DNA of 64,000 bases from Candidatus Obscuribacteraceae bacterium. Its GTDB lineage: Bacteria; Cyanobacteriota; Vampirovibrionia; Obscuribacterales; Obscuribacteraceae. The stretch spans positions 1 to 64,000 of the forward strand of contig JBGASG010000010.1 in NCBI GenBank assembly GCA_044229845.1, written 5' to 3'. The position numbers were made by a program, and so were the translations under genes. This document shows, piece by piece, positions 1 through 8,654 of the stretch. Below the pieces are notes generated by a model. That model was not told where the DNA came from, ran no database searches, and worked only from the letters and a program-made list of their open reading frames with translations. The first letter of the stretch is position 1; each line of letters opens with the position of its first letter.

Positions 1-226
1 CCGCACCACCGCCCCCATTAGAGCTGTGATGACTGCCGTAGCGATCTTTGAACGCGAGCACCTTGGCTCTGTCTTCAGCGACGACGCCCATACGGTTGTT
101 GCATTCTTCAAGGCGCTGTTCGAGCTCGGCAATCTGTCCTTCGACGGCGCTGCGCTCCTCGGAGATCATGTTCTCTTTCTCGTTAAATTCGTCGAGTAGC
201 TTCTTCAGACTCTCGGCGGTAGACAT
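1..226 (-). CDS. Hypothetical coiled-coil protein (3' end runs off the window)
   Basis: Read manually: AGGAG RBS then ATG TCT ACC GCC (MSTAESLKKLLDEFNEKENMISEERSAVEGQIAELEQRLEE...), frame open to the window edge; not in the ORF track. Confidence 0.7.
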   Translation of the reverse strand, partial: MSTAESLKKLLDEFNEKENMISEERSAVEGQIAELEQRLEECNNRMGVVAEDRAKVLAFKDRYGSHHSSNGGGGA

Positions 227-378
227 AGACATCTCCTTCTCAAAACAAGCCGTGCGTGGGCTTCCACGGATCGGCAACAGGGCGACGGGCCTGAGCTGCC
301 TTTCTCTATTGTGCCCAACAGAGCGGCGTTTTGGACGTTTGTGTGTCGCATAAATAAATAAAACGGCTGAAACAAACG

Positions 379-804
379 CTATTTGATGTCTTGAGCAGTG
401 CCGCTGCCCACTATCGTGCAGTCAACGTAGGCGATGCCGCCCAGCAAAATGCCCAGGCGCCTGGCTGATTCCCGCGACACATCCATGACTCGCGTTTTGA
501 CAAATGGTCCCCGGTCGGTGACCGAAACAATCACCGTCTTGCCTGTCTTGGGATTCTCAACCAACACGCGCGTGAAAAACGGCAGTTTCTTGTGCGCGGA
601 GGTCAGCTTGTTCATGTCGAAGATCTGTCCGGAAGCGGTTTTGCGACCGTGAAAGGGGTTGCCGTACCAGGAGATGTTGCCGCTGAAGCGCTGCGCAGCC
701 GGCGGCGGTTGGTCGTCCGCGCAAGCACTGGGGAGCGAAAATGAAAATGGTAGGCAAACAGCCACAACTGTCAGCACCAGAGTCAGTGAGGAAACATTTT
801 TCAT
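379..804 (-). CDS. rlpA: RlpA-family septal ring lytic transglycosylase (DPBB domain), exported
   Basis: ISWYG..FHGRKTASG..FDM..LTSAHKKLPF...V.VTDRGPF..R.MDVS motifs; N-terminal signal peptide. Confidence 0.9.
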   Translation of the reverse strand: MKNVSSLTLVLTVVAVCLPFSFSLPSACADDQPPPAAQRFSGNISWYGNPFHGRKTASGQIFDMNKLTSAHKKLPFFTRVLVENPKTGKTVIVSVTDRGPFVKTRVMDVSRESARRLGILLGGIAYVDCTIVGSGTAQDIK

Positions 805-2360
805 TCTTCGTTTGACGCCTTAGATTCGATATTTGTTGCCTGTGCTTCCAGTTTTGCTGCCTGGTCGCTCTGATTCAGTTTCTTCAAGACTTGAGCATAA
901 CTTCTGAGAGTGGTGGCAATGGCTAGGTCGGCGGGATCCATTGTGGCCTGTCGAATACGCAACGCTTCGGCGAAAGCCGCCTGGGCTTCCGGCAACTTGC
1001 CGGCCGCTGCATAGACTTTACCAAGGTTGTTGAGCACATTGCCAACTTCTTCGCTGTCGCGTCCGGACGACTTTTCCAGGGCTGCCTGGGCTCTTTTGAA
1101 CGCATCGATGGCGTCGTCAAATCGATCTTGCTCGCGATAAATGAGTGCCAGATCGGTCAGAGAAGAACCCAGCTGAGCACCGTCTGTGGTACCAGCCTCG
1201 AGCGATTGCACCTCGGTTTTCAAAGACGTCTCGGCTTGCCCGAGATCGCCCATTTCCCGGTAAGTTTCCGCTATCTGAGAAACGGTGGTTGCCGACTCGG
1301 CGCTGCCTTTTCCGAAGGTTGTCTCCAGAATGGTCAGCGACTCTTGATAGAGTTTGAGCGCTTCCGCATACTGCTCTTTCTCGCGCATGGCCGTCGCCAG
1401 CTCGTTCATCTCCCGCGCCAGGTCTTCAGGCTTGGAGTTGCTGGTTTTGCGTAACTCGATGGCGCGCTTGTAGATAGCGATTGCTTCGTCCGTCCGTCCT
1501 TCTTCACGATAGAGAACTGCCAGTGAGTTCATAGCGGCAATCTCATTGCCGATATTGCGCGGCTTCGCTCGCTCAACCAGCGCCAATGAGTCTTTCAGCA
1601 AAGGCTCGGCCGCCTCGAAGTTGCCCTGCTCCCGATATACACCAGCCAGTCGGTTTTCGAGAGAGGCGACCGTCTGGTCATCGCTGGCTGACCGGCGAAT
1701 GTCGAGCGCCCGCTTGTAGAGCCCCTCAGCGATGTTCAATTTGCCGAGCACTGCGCGCACCTCGGCCAGATTGGCGAGCACGGTAGCCAATCCGGTGGAC
1801 GTCGCTCCTGAGACCTGCTCAGTAATCTGCACCGCTTTCTCGATCAGCGGTGCCGCCAACGTGTGCTTGCGCTGTTTAGCATAGAGCAGACCCAGCTCAT
1901 TGAGACTGGTAGCCAGCTCTGCCTGGTTGCCGGCCTTTTCCGAAATTGCCACCGCTTGCTCATAACACTTTTGCGCTTCGGCATACTTTTTCTGCTCACG
2001 ATAGAGCGCCCCGAGATTGCGCAAAGGAGCCAGCGGCCCGAGCGGCGTCTGATCGGCCAGCTTCAGCCTGATGTCCAGAGCCTCTTTATAGGCGGCTTCC
2101 GCCGCATCGGCTTTGCGCTGAGAATAGAGCACCAGTCCCAGATTGTTGAGAGTTTGAGCAACGCGAGAATCCGGTTGACCGCCGGCCAGTGTCCGGGCTT
2201 CGGCGGCCGCTTTTTGAAACTCAGCCTCGGCAGTCGCGTAGTCACCCTTGCCATAGGCATTGGTGCCGGCGTCGAAGGCCGCATCCCATTCCGCCTCGCC
2301 CGCCATCACGGATGGTGACAACAGACAGAATGAAACTGCCAGTAGAAACAGTCTACGCAT
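801..2360 (-). CDS. Exported TPR protein (kinesin-light-chain-type repeats)
   Basis: Repeated LNNLG..Y..QG.Y..AE..Y..AL.I units; signal peptide from MRRLFLLAVSF (start moved to ATG 2360). Confidence 0.85.
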   Translation of the reverse strand: MRRLFLLAVSFCLLSPSVMAGEAEWDAAFDAGTNAYGKGDYATAEAEFQKAAAEARTLAGGQPDSRVAQTLNNLGLVLYSQRKADAAEAAYKEALDIRLKLADQTPLGPLAPLRNLGALYREQKKYAEAQKCYEQAVAISEKAGNQAELATSLNELGLLYAKQRKHTLAAPLIEKAVQITEQVSGATSTGLATVLANLAEVRAVLGKLNIAEGLYKRALDIRRSASDDQTVASLENRLAGVYREQGNFEAAEPLLKDSLALVERAKPRNIGNEIAAMNSLAVLYREEGRTDEAIAIYKRAIELRKTSNSKPEDLAREMNELATAMREKEQYAEALKLYQESLTILETTFGKGSAESATTVSQIAETYREMGDLGQAETSLKTEVQSLEAGTTDGAQLGSSLTDLALIYREQDRFDDAIDAFKRAQAALEKSSGRDSEEVGNVLNNLGKVYAAAGKLPEAQAAFAEALRIRQATMDPADLAIATTLRSYAQVLKKLNQSDQAAKLEAQATNIESKASNEE

Positions 2361-2377
2361 AGTCACGCTGCTTTCAA

Positions 2378-4945
2378 TTACGCGTGCTGGAAGTATCTGA
2401 CCAGCTGGGTGTATTCGTTCAAGTCCTGAGAGGTGCTCTGCAAATCTACACCATCGGCGTAGACGTGGACAAGCGGTTCGACTGCGTCCGGCAAAACCAA
2501 AATCCAGTGATCGGTGCGAGTTTGAATTTTCACTCCGTCCAACAGTTCCATCGGCCTGTCGTGGTGCTTTTCGACCAGTAGACGCATGACCCGGCCTTTG
2601 CGTTCCCACGGGCAGTGCACGGAGTCGACCTGATACACCAGTGGCGGCAGATCCTGGACAGCTTGATGCAAGCTTCGCCCTTGATAGGTCAGATGCTCAA
2701 GCAGCTGTCCGGTCGTAAACATAGCGTCGTAACCGTTCTGGAATTCCGGGAAGATAAAACATCCATTGGCACTGCCGCCCAGAACCGCATCCGGAGTCTT
2801 GGCGGTCATCGAACCGATCTCGGTTTCGGACGCCTTGCAACGAATCACTTTGCAGTCGTAACGGGCGGCGATTCTCTCGATGACGGAACTGGAGTTGACC
2901 GGGATCACAATCGACTTGCCGGGCTTGTCGCGCAAGATGATATCGGCGACCACGGCCAGCAAAAGTTCGCCGCGGATAATCTGTCCGGTTTCATCAACCA
3001 GCGTAATCTGTTCGCCGTTGCGCCCGACCTGCACTCCCAGATCAGCGTTGAGAGCCCGCACCACATCAGCCAGTTGCTTGCGCATCAAAATGCGTTCTTC
3101 CTGACGCGGCGGGTTGCCTCTAATAGAAGCGTTGAGCACGACGGTCTCGATGCCCAGCTGTCCGAGCAGGTCCGGCAGGATAACACCGGTTTCCGCCATC
3201 GCGTAATCGATCACCACTTTTGGTGCCTGGGTGGTCTGCACGCCTTCGCGGGTGGTGCGAGTGTAGTTGGAACCGGGCACCACGCAGAATGCCACCGCAT
3301 CTTTTTCGAAGACCTGTCCTTTGACGTGGTTGAGAAACTCAGCCATGTAATACTCGCGCACCCGGCTCGGGTAGCTGATCACGCCGACATCCGAGGGCAG
3401 ACAGCGCGGGAAGTCTTCTTTAAAATACGTAGACTCGATTTTACGCTCCATAGCTTTGGTGATCGCCACACCTTCGCTGTCGTAGAATTCGATCCTCATC
3501 TTGCCGATCTCTCGCTGCGAAACCCGGCAGTGAATCAGTCCGGTGGCGCGCTGCGTCTTCACGTAATAGCGCGAAATAGGCAACGGCATCGCTTCCAGGT
3601 TCTGCACCTCGACACCCACCGACATCAAGCCCGAGACGATCGCCCGGCTGACCATGCGGCTCACACCCCAGTAGTCGCGGCTGACCAGAATCGGTCCGCT
3701 CTTCACTGTGGCACCATAGGCAGCGGCAAGTTTGACGGCGAATTCTGGTGTGATCTCGACATTAGCCAGTCCTAAAACCCCATTGGCACCAAACAAGTTT
3801 CGCGGTGCTTTTGTACCCCAGATGACCGACATGGTGACGCGAGCGCCGGCATCTATGACTTTATCCGGCCAGATGCGGACATCCGGCAAAACTTGCGCTT
3901 CTTGACCGATTGAGGAAGTGGCGCCAATAACAGCCCCTTCAAGAATCTCGGCCGAGCGGTGGATGGTGGCATTGTTGCAAACTATGCAGGCGCGCAGCGC
4001 CGCCTCGGAGCCGACGTAGCAGTTGTTCCAGATCACCGGATGTTTGAGCGACGCCTTTTCCTGCACGACGACGCTGTCACCGAGGACGGTGTGCGGTTCG
4101 ATGACGGCATCTTTGCCGATGCGACAGTTGCGCCCAATCAAAACCGGCGGCTGCAGCCGCACACTGGAATCGATCTGCGAGCCTTCACCGACCCAGATCG
4201 ACGGCTCGATTTGCGGCATATCCAGATCAAGATCGACCTTGCCGTCCAGAATATCGATGTGCGCCTGGCGGTAGACTGCCAGGTTGCCGACGTCGCACCA
4301 GTAACCATCGGCGACGTATCCGTACATCGGCTCGTTGCGCAGCAAAAGCAGCGGAAAGAGGTCATTCGAGAAATCCTGCTCGCGTCCCATGATCACGTAG
4401 AGCATCACTTCCGGGTCGAGAATGTAGATCCCGGTGTTGACAGTGTCGGAGAAGATCTCAGAAGCGCCCGGCTTTTCAACGAAACGCTGAATGCGCCCGT
4501 CGCCGTCGGTTATCACGACGCCGTACTCGAGCGGGTTTTCGACCCGTTTCAAAACCAGAGTTGCTTTCGACTTTTTCTCTTTGTGAAACTTGACAGCTTT
4601 CGTCAAATCGATGTCCGTCAGTCCGTCGCCGGAGATGACGACGAACGTGTCGTCGAGAGCATCTTGAATGGCTTTAACGCAGCCGGCGGTGCCGAGCGGA
4701 CGGCCTTCCTCCACTGAATAATTGATGTTGCAACCCCACTGGCTGCCGTCGGTAAAATAATCTTTGATCGAGTCGGGCAGATAATGCAGCGTAAAAATGA
4801 TGTCCTTCATATTGTGCTTCTTGAGCAGACGCACGATATGCTCGGCCATCGGTTTGCCGGCCACCGGCACCATCGGCTTCGGTAGATGGCTGGTTAGCGG
4901 GCGCAGGCGCGTTCCCGAACCGCCCGCCATAATTACTGCCTTCAT
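2378..4945 (-). CDS. Mannose-1-phosphate guanylyltransferase fused to hexapeptide repeats and a phosphomannomutase-like domain
   Basis: MKAVIMAGGSGTRLRPLT..PKPMVPV, EKP, YWCDVG, left-handed beta-helix repeats, LFGANGV PGM/PMM start; GGAGGG RBS before ATG 4945. Confidence 0.9.
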   Translation of the reverse strand: MKAVIMAGGSGTRLRPLTSHLPKPMVPVAGKPMAEHIVRLLKKHNMKDIIFTLHYLPDSIKDYFTDGSQWGCNINYSVEEGRPLGTAGCVKAIQDALDDTFVVISGDGLTDIDLTKAVKFHKEKKSKATLVLKRVENPLEYGVVITDGDGRIQRFVEKPGASEIFSDTVNTGIYILDPEVMLYVIMGREQDFSNDLFPLLLLRNEPMYGYVADGYWCDVGNLAVYRQAHIDILDGKVDLDLDMPQIEPSIWVGEGSQIDSSVRLQPPVLIGRNCRIGKDAVIEPHTVLGDSVVVQEKASLKHPVIWNNCYVGSEAALRACIVCNNATIHRSAEILEGAVIGATSSIGQEAQVLPDVRIWPDKVIDAGARVTMSVIWGTKAPRNLFGANGVLGLANVEITPEFAVKLAAAYGATVKSGPILVSRDYWGVSRMVSRAIVSGLMSVGVEVQNLEAMPLPISRYYVKTQRATGLIHCRVSQREIGKMRIEFYDSEGVAITKAMERKIESTYFKEDFPRCLPSDVGVISYPSRVREYYMAEFLNHVKGQVFEKDAVAFCVVPGSNYTRTTREGVQTTQAPKVVIDYAMAETGVILPDLLGQLGIETVVLNASIRGNPPRQEERILMRKQLADVVRALNADLGVQVGRNGEQITLVDETGQIIRGELLLAVVADIILRDKPGKSIVIPVNSSSVIERIAARYDCKVIRCKASETEIGSMTAKTPDAVLGGSANGCFIFPEFQNGYDAMFTTGQLLEHLTYQGRSLHQAVQDLPPLVYQVDSVHCPWERKGRVMRLLVEKHHDRPMELLDGVKIQTRTDHWILVLPDAVEPLVHVYADGVDLQSTSQDLNEYTQLVRYFQHA

Positions 4946-4956
4946 TTCACCCTCCC

Positions 4957-6249
4957 TTACGATTCGCGTTTTTTGGAACCGGACGCCGGCACCGCGGACG
5001 GTGCAGAGGCAGTTAGCGGCACCTTGGGCGTAGAGCTCACACCATCTTTTTCGACGACGGCTGCTTCTTTCAAAACCTTCTCGTAGACTTCCAGCGTGCG
5101 CTTGGAGATCACCTTCCAATTGTAGATATGTTTGACTTTGTCGTACGCTGTTTCCTGGAGTCCATGGGCGACCTGCGGATTGCGCAGCACCTCGAGGATG
5201 CCCCAGGCGAGGCTGTTGGCGTCTCCGGCATAAGTGGTGATCCCGGTCACTCCGTGTTCGACGAAGTCAGTCAGTCCACCGGCATCAGAAGTTACTACCG
5301 GACGACGGGCCGCCATGCCTTCCAGGGCCACAATACCGAACGGCTCGTAGAGACTAGGAATGGTGACGACATCGGCTGCCTTGTACAAAGTAAGCAAATC
5401 CTGGTCGGTCACATAACCGAGCCAGCTCACATTGTGCGCCACCCCGAGATCGTTGGCGATCCGTTTCAGATCATCCAGGTAATAGCCGGTGCCCACCATC
5501 AGGAAACGCGTGCCGGGCGCCTGCGGCAATATGCGCTGAGCCGCATGCAGCAATACCTGCACACCTTTTTCAAGCACCATCCGACCGACGAACAGTACAA
5601 TTTTTTCCGACTCGGAGGCAAACTGGCGACGCATGGGCAGCGGATCGTAGTCGTTTTCAAACTTGTCGGGGTCGATGCCGTTCGGCACAATCACCATCTT
5701 GTTGGGCGGTGTGTTGAAGAGCCGCTGCAACTCGCCGAACATCGATTGGCTGTTGACGATCACTTCCCACGCTTCGTATGTCAGGCGCCACTCCACCTGC
5801 GAGATAAAACGGTTAAGGTCGTTATGCAAACCATGCATGCGACCAGCTTCGGTGGCATGGATGGTGGCAATCATCGGCAACCCCAGCCCCTTTTTGAGAG
5901 CCCAGGCCGAATCGCAAACCATCCAGTCATGGGCGTGAATCAAATCGAAAGGCGTCTTGCGGTGCTGTTCCATGGCATACGCGAGCAGCCCGTAATTGAG
6001 TTTGTGCACCCAGGATAGAAAGTCCGGCGTCCAATCGGTCTGCGTTTTGACGCGGTGTACGAAAACGCCATCGTCAATTTCGTGTTCCGGCGTGCCTGGG
6101 TGATCGGCTGTCACCACGTGCACTTCGATACCGGGCAGTTTCACCAGTTGCTTCGACAACTCGGCGACTACACGAGCCAACCCACCGATGATTCGCGGCG
6201 GATACTCCCAGGACAACATGAGGATGCGCATCTTTTGATTCTCTGCCAC
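4957..6249 (-). CDS. Glycosyltransferase family 4 (GT-B)
   Basis: MRILMLSWEYPP..GGL, HAHDW, VGR..EKG, PSLYEPFGIVALEGMA; start GTG 6249 or ATG 6231. Confidence 0.9.
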   Translation of the reverse strand: MAENQKMRILMLSWEYPPRIIGGLARVVAELSKQLVKLPGIEVHVVTADHPGTPEHEIDDGVFVHRVKTQTDWTPDFLSWVHKLNYGLLAYAMEQHRKTPFDLIHAHDWMVCDSAWALKKGLGLPMIATIHATEAGRMHGLHNDLNRFISQVEWRLTYEAWEVIVNSQSMFGELQRLFNTPPNKMVIVPNGIDPDKFENDYDPLPMRRQFASESEKIVLFVGRMVLEKGVQVLLHAAQRILPQAPGTRFLMVGTGYYLDDLKRIANDLGVAHNVSWLGYVTDQDLLTLYKAADVVTIPSLYEPFGIVALEGMAARRPVVTSDAGGLTDFVEHGVTGITTYAGDANSLAWGILEVLRNPQVAHGLQETAYDKVKHIYNWKVISKRTLEVYEKVLKEAAVVEKDGVSSTPKVPLTASAPSAVPASGSKKRES

Positions 6250-6254
6250 CGTTA

Positions 6255-7271
6255 TTACTCGCTGGATAGGGGTCGGGCCATCAGGGTCATGATTGCCCCT
6301 TTCGGGGTTGTGTCGCCCCGTAGGGCGGCCGCCACCTGTTCGGCGATCGGCATCTGTATGGACAGCTTGCTGGACAATTCGCAAACTGCGTAAGTCGTCG
6401 TCACACCTTCAACGACAGCGCCGGCTCGCGCCTGTGCATCCTGGAAGGATACACCCTGAGCCATGTCAAAACCCAGGCTGTAGTTTCTTGACAGCGAACT
6501 ATAACAGGTCGCCACCAGATCACCCATCCCGGAAAGTCCCATGAGTGTTGTCGGGCGAGCACCGAGCGAAACCGCCAGGCGCGTCATTTCGGCCAACCCC
6601 CGAGTCAGGAGCGCCGCCTTGGCATTGTCACCCAATTTCAGTCCGTTGACGGCACCGGCAGCAATCGCCACGACATTCTTCAATGCACCGCCCAGCTCCA
6701 CCCCAACGACATCGTCATTGGTGTAGACCCGAAATGTGGAAACCGAAAGCATTTGCTGTACCCGGTGCGCGACGTCATTGTTTTCACAAGAGACGACAGC
6801 AGCGCTCGGCATGTTGAGCAGCACTTCTTTAGCCAGATTTGGACCCGACAATGCGCACCGCGGCAGATCGGGAAGAGTTTCTCCCAAAACTTCAGTCATG
6901 CGCTTGAAAGTATGCAGCTCCAGTCCCTTGGCGGCACTGACGAGCACCGGCGCCGCCGCCGCATCGACATGACCGGCCAAACGCCCCGCTACTTCTCGCA
7001 TAGCCTGCGCCGGACAACAAAGAAGCACAACCAGCGCTCCGCTCAGGGCTTCATCTAACTCGCCGGTGATTGCCAAGTTCTCTGGGAATTCCACCCTGAA
7101 AGGCTTTTCAAGCACTCGCGCCGCACGCAGTTTCTCTGCCTTGCCCGGCGAGTGAGACCAGAGGCTGACAGACTTGCCATTGCGGGCAAAGAGATTGGCC
7201 AGAGTGGCGCCCCAACTCCCGGCGCCGATAATGGCAATCTTCTCTTGTCCACCGCCCGCTTCGCTTTGCAT
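6255..7271 (-). CDS. gpsA: NAD(P)H-dependent glycerol-3-phosphate dehydrogenase
   Basis: GAGSWG, KGLE, SGPNLA.EV, GVELGGALKNVVAIAAG, GDLVATC.S..SRN, VEGV motifs. Confidence 0.95.
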   Translation of the reverse strand: MQSEAGGGQEKIAIIGAGSWGATLANLFARNGKSVSLWSHSPGKAEKLRAARVLEKPFRVEFPENLAITGELDEALSGALVVLLCCPAQAMREVAGRLAGHVDAAAAPVLVSAAKGLELHTFKRMTEVLGETLPDLPRCALSGPNLAKEVLLNMPSAAVVSCENNDVAHRVQQMLSVSTFRVYTNDDVVGVELGGALKNVVAIAAGAVNGLKLGDNAKAALLTRGLAEMTRLAVSLGARPTTLMGLSGMGDLVATCYSSLSRNYSLGFDMAQGVSFQDAQARAGAVVEGVTTTYAVCELSSKLSIQMPIAEQVAAALRGDTTPKGAIMTLMARPLSSE

Positions 7272-7359
7272 GAAATCCCGAAAAATGGAGAATCACAATT
7301 TTACCGGCAAAAACTGCCAAATCGCGATACTGGCGGGCAATTGCGACGAACCTGTAAAG

Positions 7360-7391
7360 CAAAAACTGAATTGATATCAATTCAGTTTTTG
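7360..7391. repeat. Perfect 32-bp palindrome CAAAAACTGAATTGATATCAATTCAGTTTTTG (copy 1)
   Basis: Sequence equals its own reverse complement; near-identical copy at 34221-34248. Confidence 0.9.
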
Positions 7392-7498
7392 AGGTCAAGG
7401 TACGTAGAAACCCCGATGTGCGGGGGGCATTTTTGCCGTACTTTTATTCATAGCCCCCTCCAAAAGACACTTTCCCTGGTCTGAGGTGCAACAAGAAT

Positions 7499-7942
7499 AT
7501 GACATTTCCAGGCGACGCTAATATTAGCGCCGGCGGCGAAAATCCGAGTGCTTTTCAGCGCGAAGCTGATGCCGCCAGTCTCGCACTCAGCCGGCACAGT
7601 CAGACGCTCGGCTTCGGATTGGCAAGATTCAAAGACGATCCACTGCCGGTTGACACAACCGCCGTGATCACAGCCGGAACAGCTTTTGCAGGTGGAGCCG
7701 CCATTACGGCAGCCGGACAGTTTGGCATGCAAAGACTTGCCGAAGGAATCTTCAATTCGGCTGGTTCAGAACTGCTGTCCTGGGTGGGTGCCAATCCAAC
7801 CAGAGCGACACTGCAACTCGTCGAACCGATGCCCTTCCTGAAGACGATTACGCCGAAGCCTGTGCTAATCGGCGGCACCATTGCCGCGGCGCTGGCCGTA
7901 GGCGCCTACGAAGGATATCAGTGGTTGAAATCGAAGAAGTAA
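7499..7942 (+). CDS. Small Gly/Ala-rich membrane protein, paralog 1
   Basis: GAGG RBS; two hydrophobic Gly-rich segments; shares MTFPG, SAFQ, GLAR, TPKP..IGG and YE motifs with the next ORF. Confidence 0.75.
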   Translation: MTFPGDANISAGGENPSAFQREADAASLALSRHSQTLGFGLARFKDDPLPVDTTAVITAGTAFAGGAAITAAGQFGMQRLAEGIFNSAGSELLSWVGANPTRATLQLVEPMPFLKTITPKPVLIGGTIAAALAVGAYEGYQWLKSKK

Positions 7943-7988
7943 CGCCCACAAATCCATTCCCCTCTCCCCGTCCACAGAGGAATCCATA

Positions 7989-8411
7989 ATGACTTTTCCT
8001 GGAGAAATTTCCGAACCGTCCCCAAAAGAAGATGTTTTGTCTGCTTTTCAGAACAAGCGTGGTGACGAAACACGCGACATATTGAGTCAGCACGCGATGG
8101 GACTGGCAAGACCAGCAAGCGGTGAATCCGCACTCGGACTTGATACAGCGGTTGTCGCCGGCGGCGGTTTCTTAGCCGGTAGTGCCGCCACCGCAATTGG
8201 TGAATATGCACTTGGTCGGGCGGTTGAACCGCTGTCCAAAGTCGGAGGCGCGATCGCTTTTGGCTTTTTGGGTCGAGGCGATGTCGCAGCCTCCATACTG
8301 TATGCGCCACGGCTTCCCTGGTACAGCTTGCTGACGCCGAAGCCGATTGCAATCGGCGGACTGGCTATCGCAGCAATTGCCGCAATCAGCTATGAAGCGC
8401 TGAAGAAATAG
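7989..8411 (+). CDS. Small Gly/Ala-rich membrane protein, paralog 2
   Basis: GAGGA RBS; tandem paralog of 7499..7942. Confidence 0.75.
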   Translation: MTFPGEISEPSPKEDVLSAFQNKRGDETRDILSQHAMGLARPASGESALGLDTAVVAGGGFLAGSAATAIGEYALGRAVEPLSKVGGAIAFGFLGRGDVAASILYAPRLPWYSLLTPKPIAIGGLAIAAIAAISYEALKK

Positions 8412-8645
8412 TTAGTCGTACCCGCTCCTGATTGCTTCAGCGCTGTCAGGAGCGAATCCCTGAAACCCTGTTGCTGACAGGCCTTCGCTCTTGCCATTAC
8501 CAGGTTCGCCATCCAAGTAGTCCGCATGCGCCCGTTGCGGCGCCTCGTCTGTTTCCGTCACACCATGCGTTCGCTTTGATTGCTCATTCAGATTCGAGCA
8601 GGCACCGACACCGACGACCGCCACCACGCACAATACCGCCAGCAT
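8412..8645 (-). CDS. Small putative lipoprotein
   Basis: Hydrophobic N-terminus ending in lipobox-like VGAC; directly downstream of the kinase gene. Confidence 0.5.
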   Translation of the reverse strand: MLAVLCVVAVVGVGACSNLNEQSKRTHGVTETDEAPQRAHADYLDGEPGNGKSEGLSATGFQGFAPDSAEAIRSGYD

Positions 8646-8654
8646 GCCGCCGCA

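Noticed and set aside
2615..6018. Long antisense ORFs (e.g. 2615..3775, 5128..6018; also 45976-46832 region and 54480..55739)
   Set aside because: Shadow frames opposite well-supported genes, expected at this GC content and codon bias.
7360..7391. LexA box or dif site
   Set aside because: The spacing (CTG-N14-CAG) fits neither the E. coli nor the cyanobacterial LexA box, and dif sites are asymmetric and single-copy.
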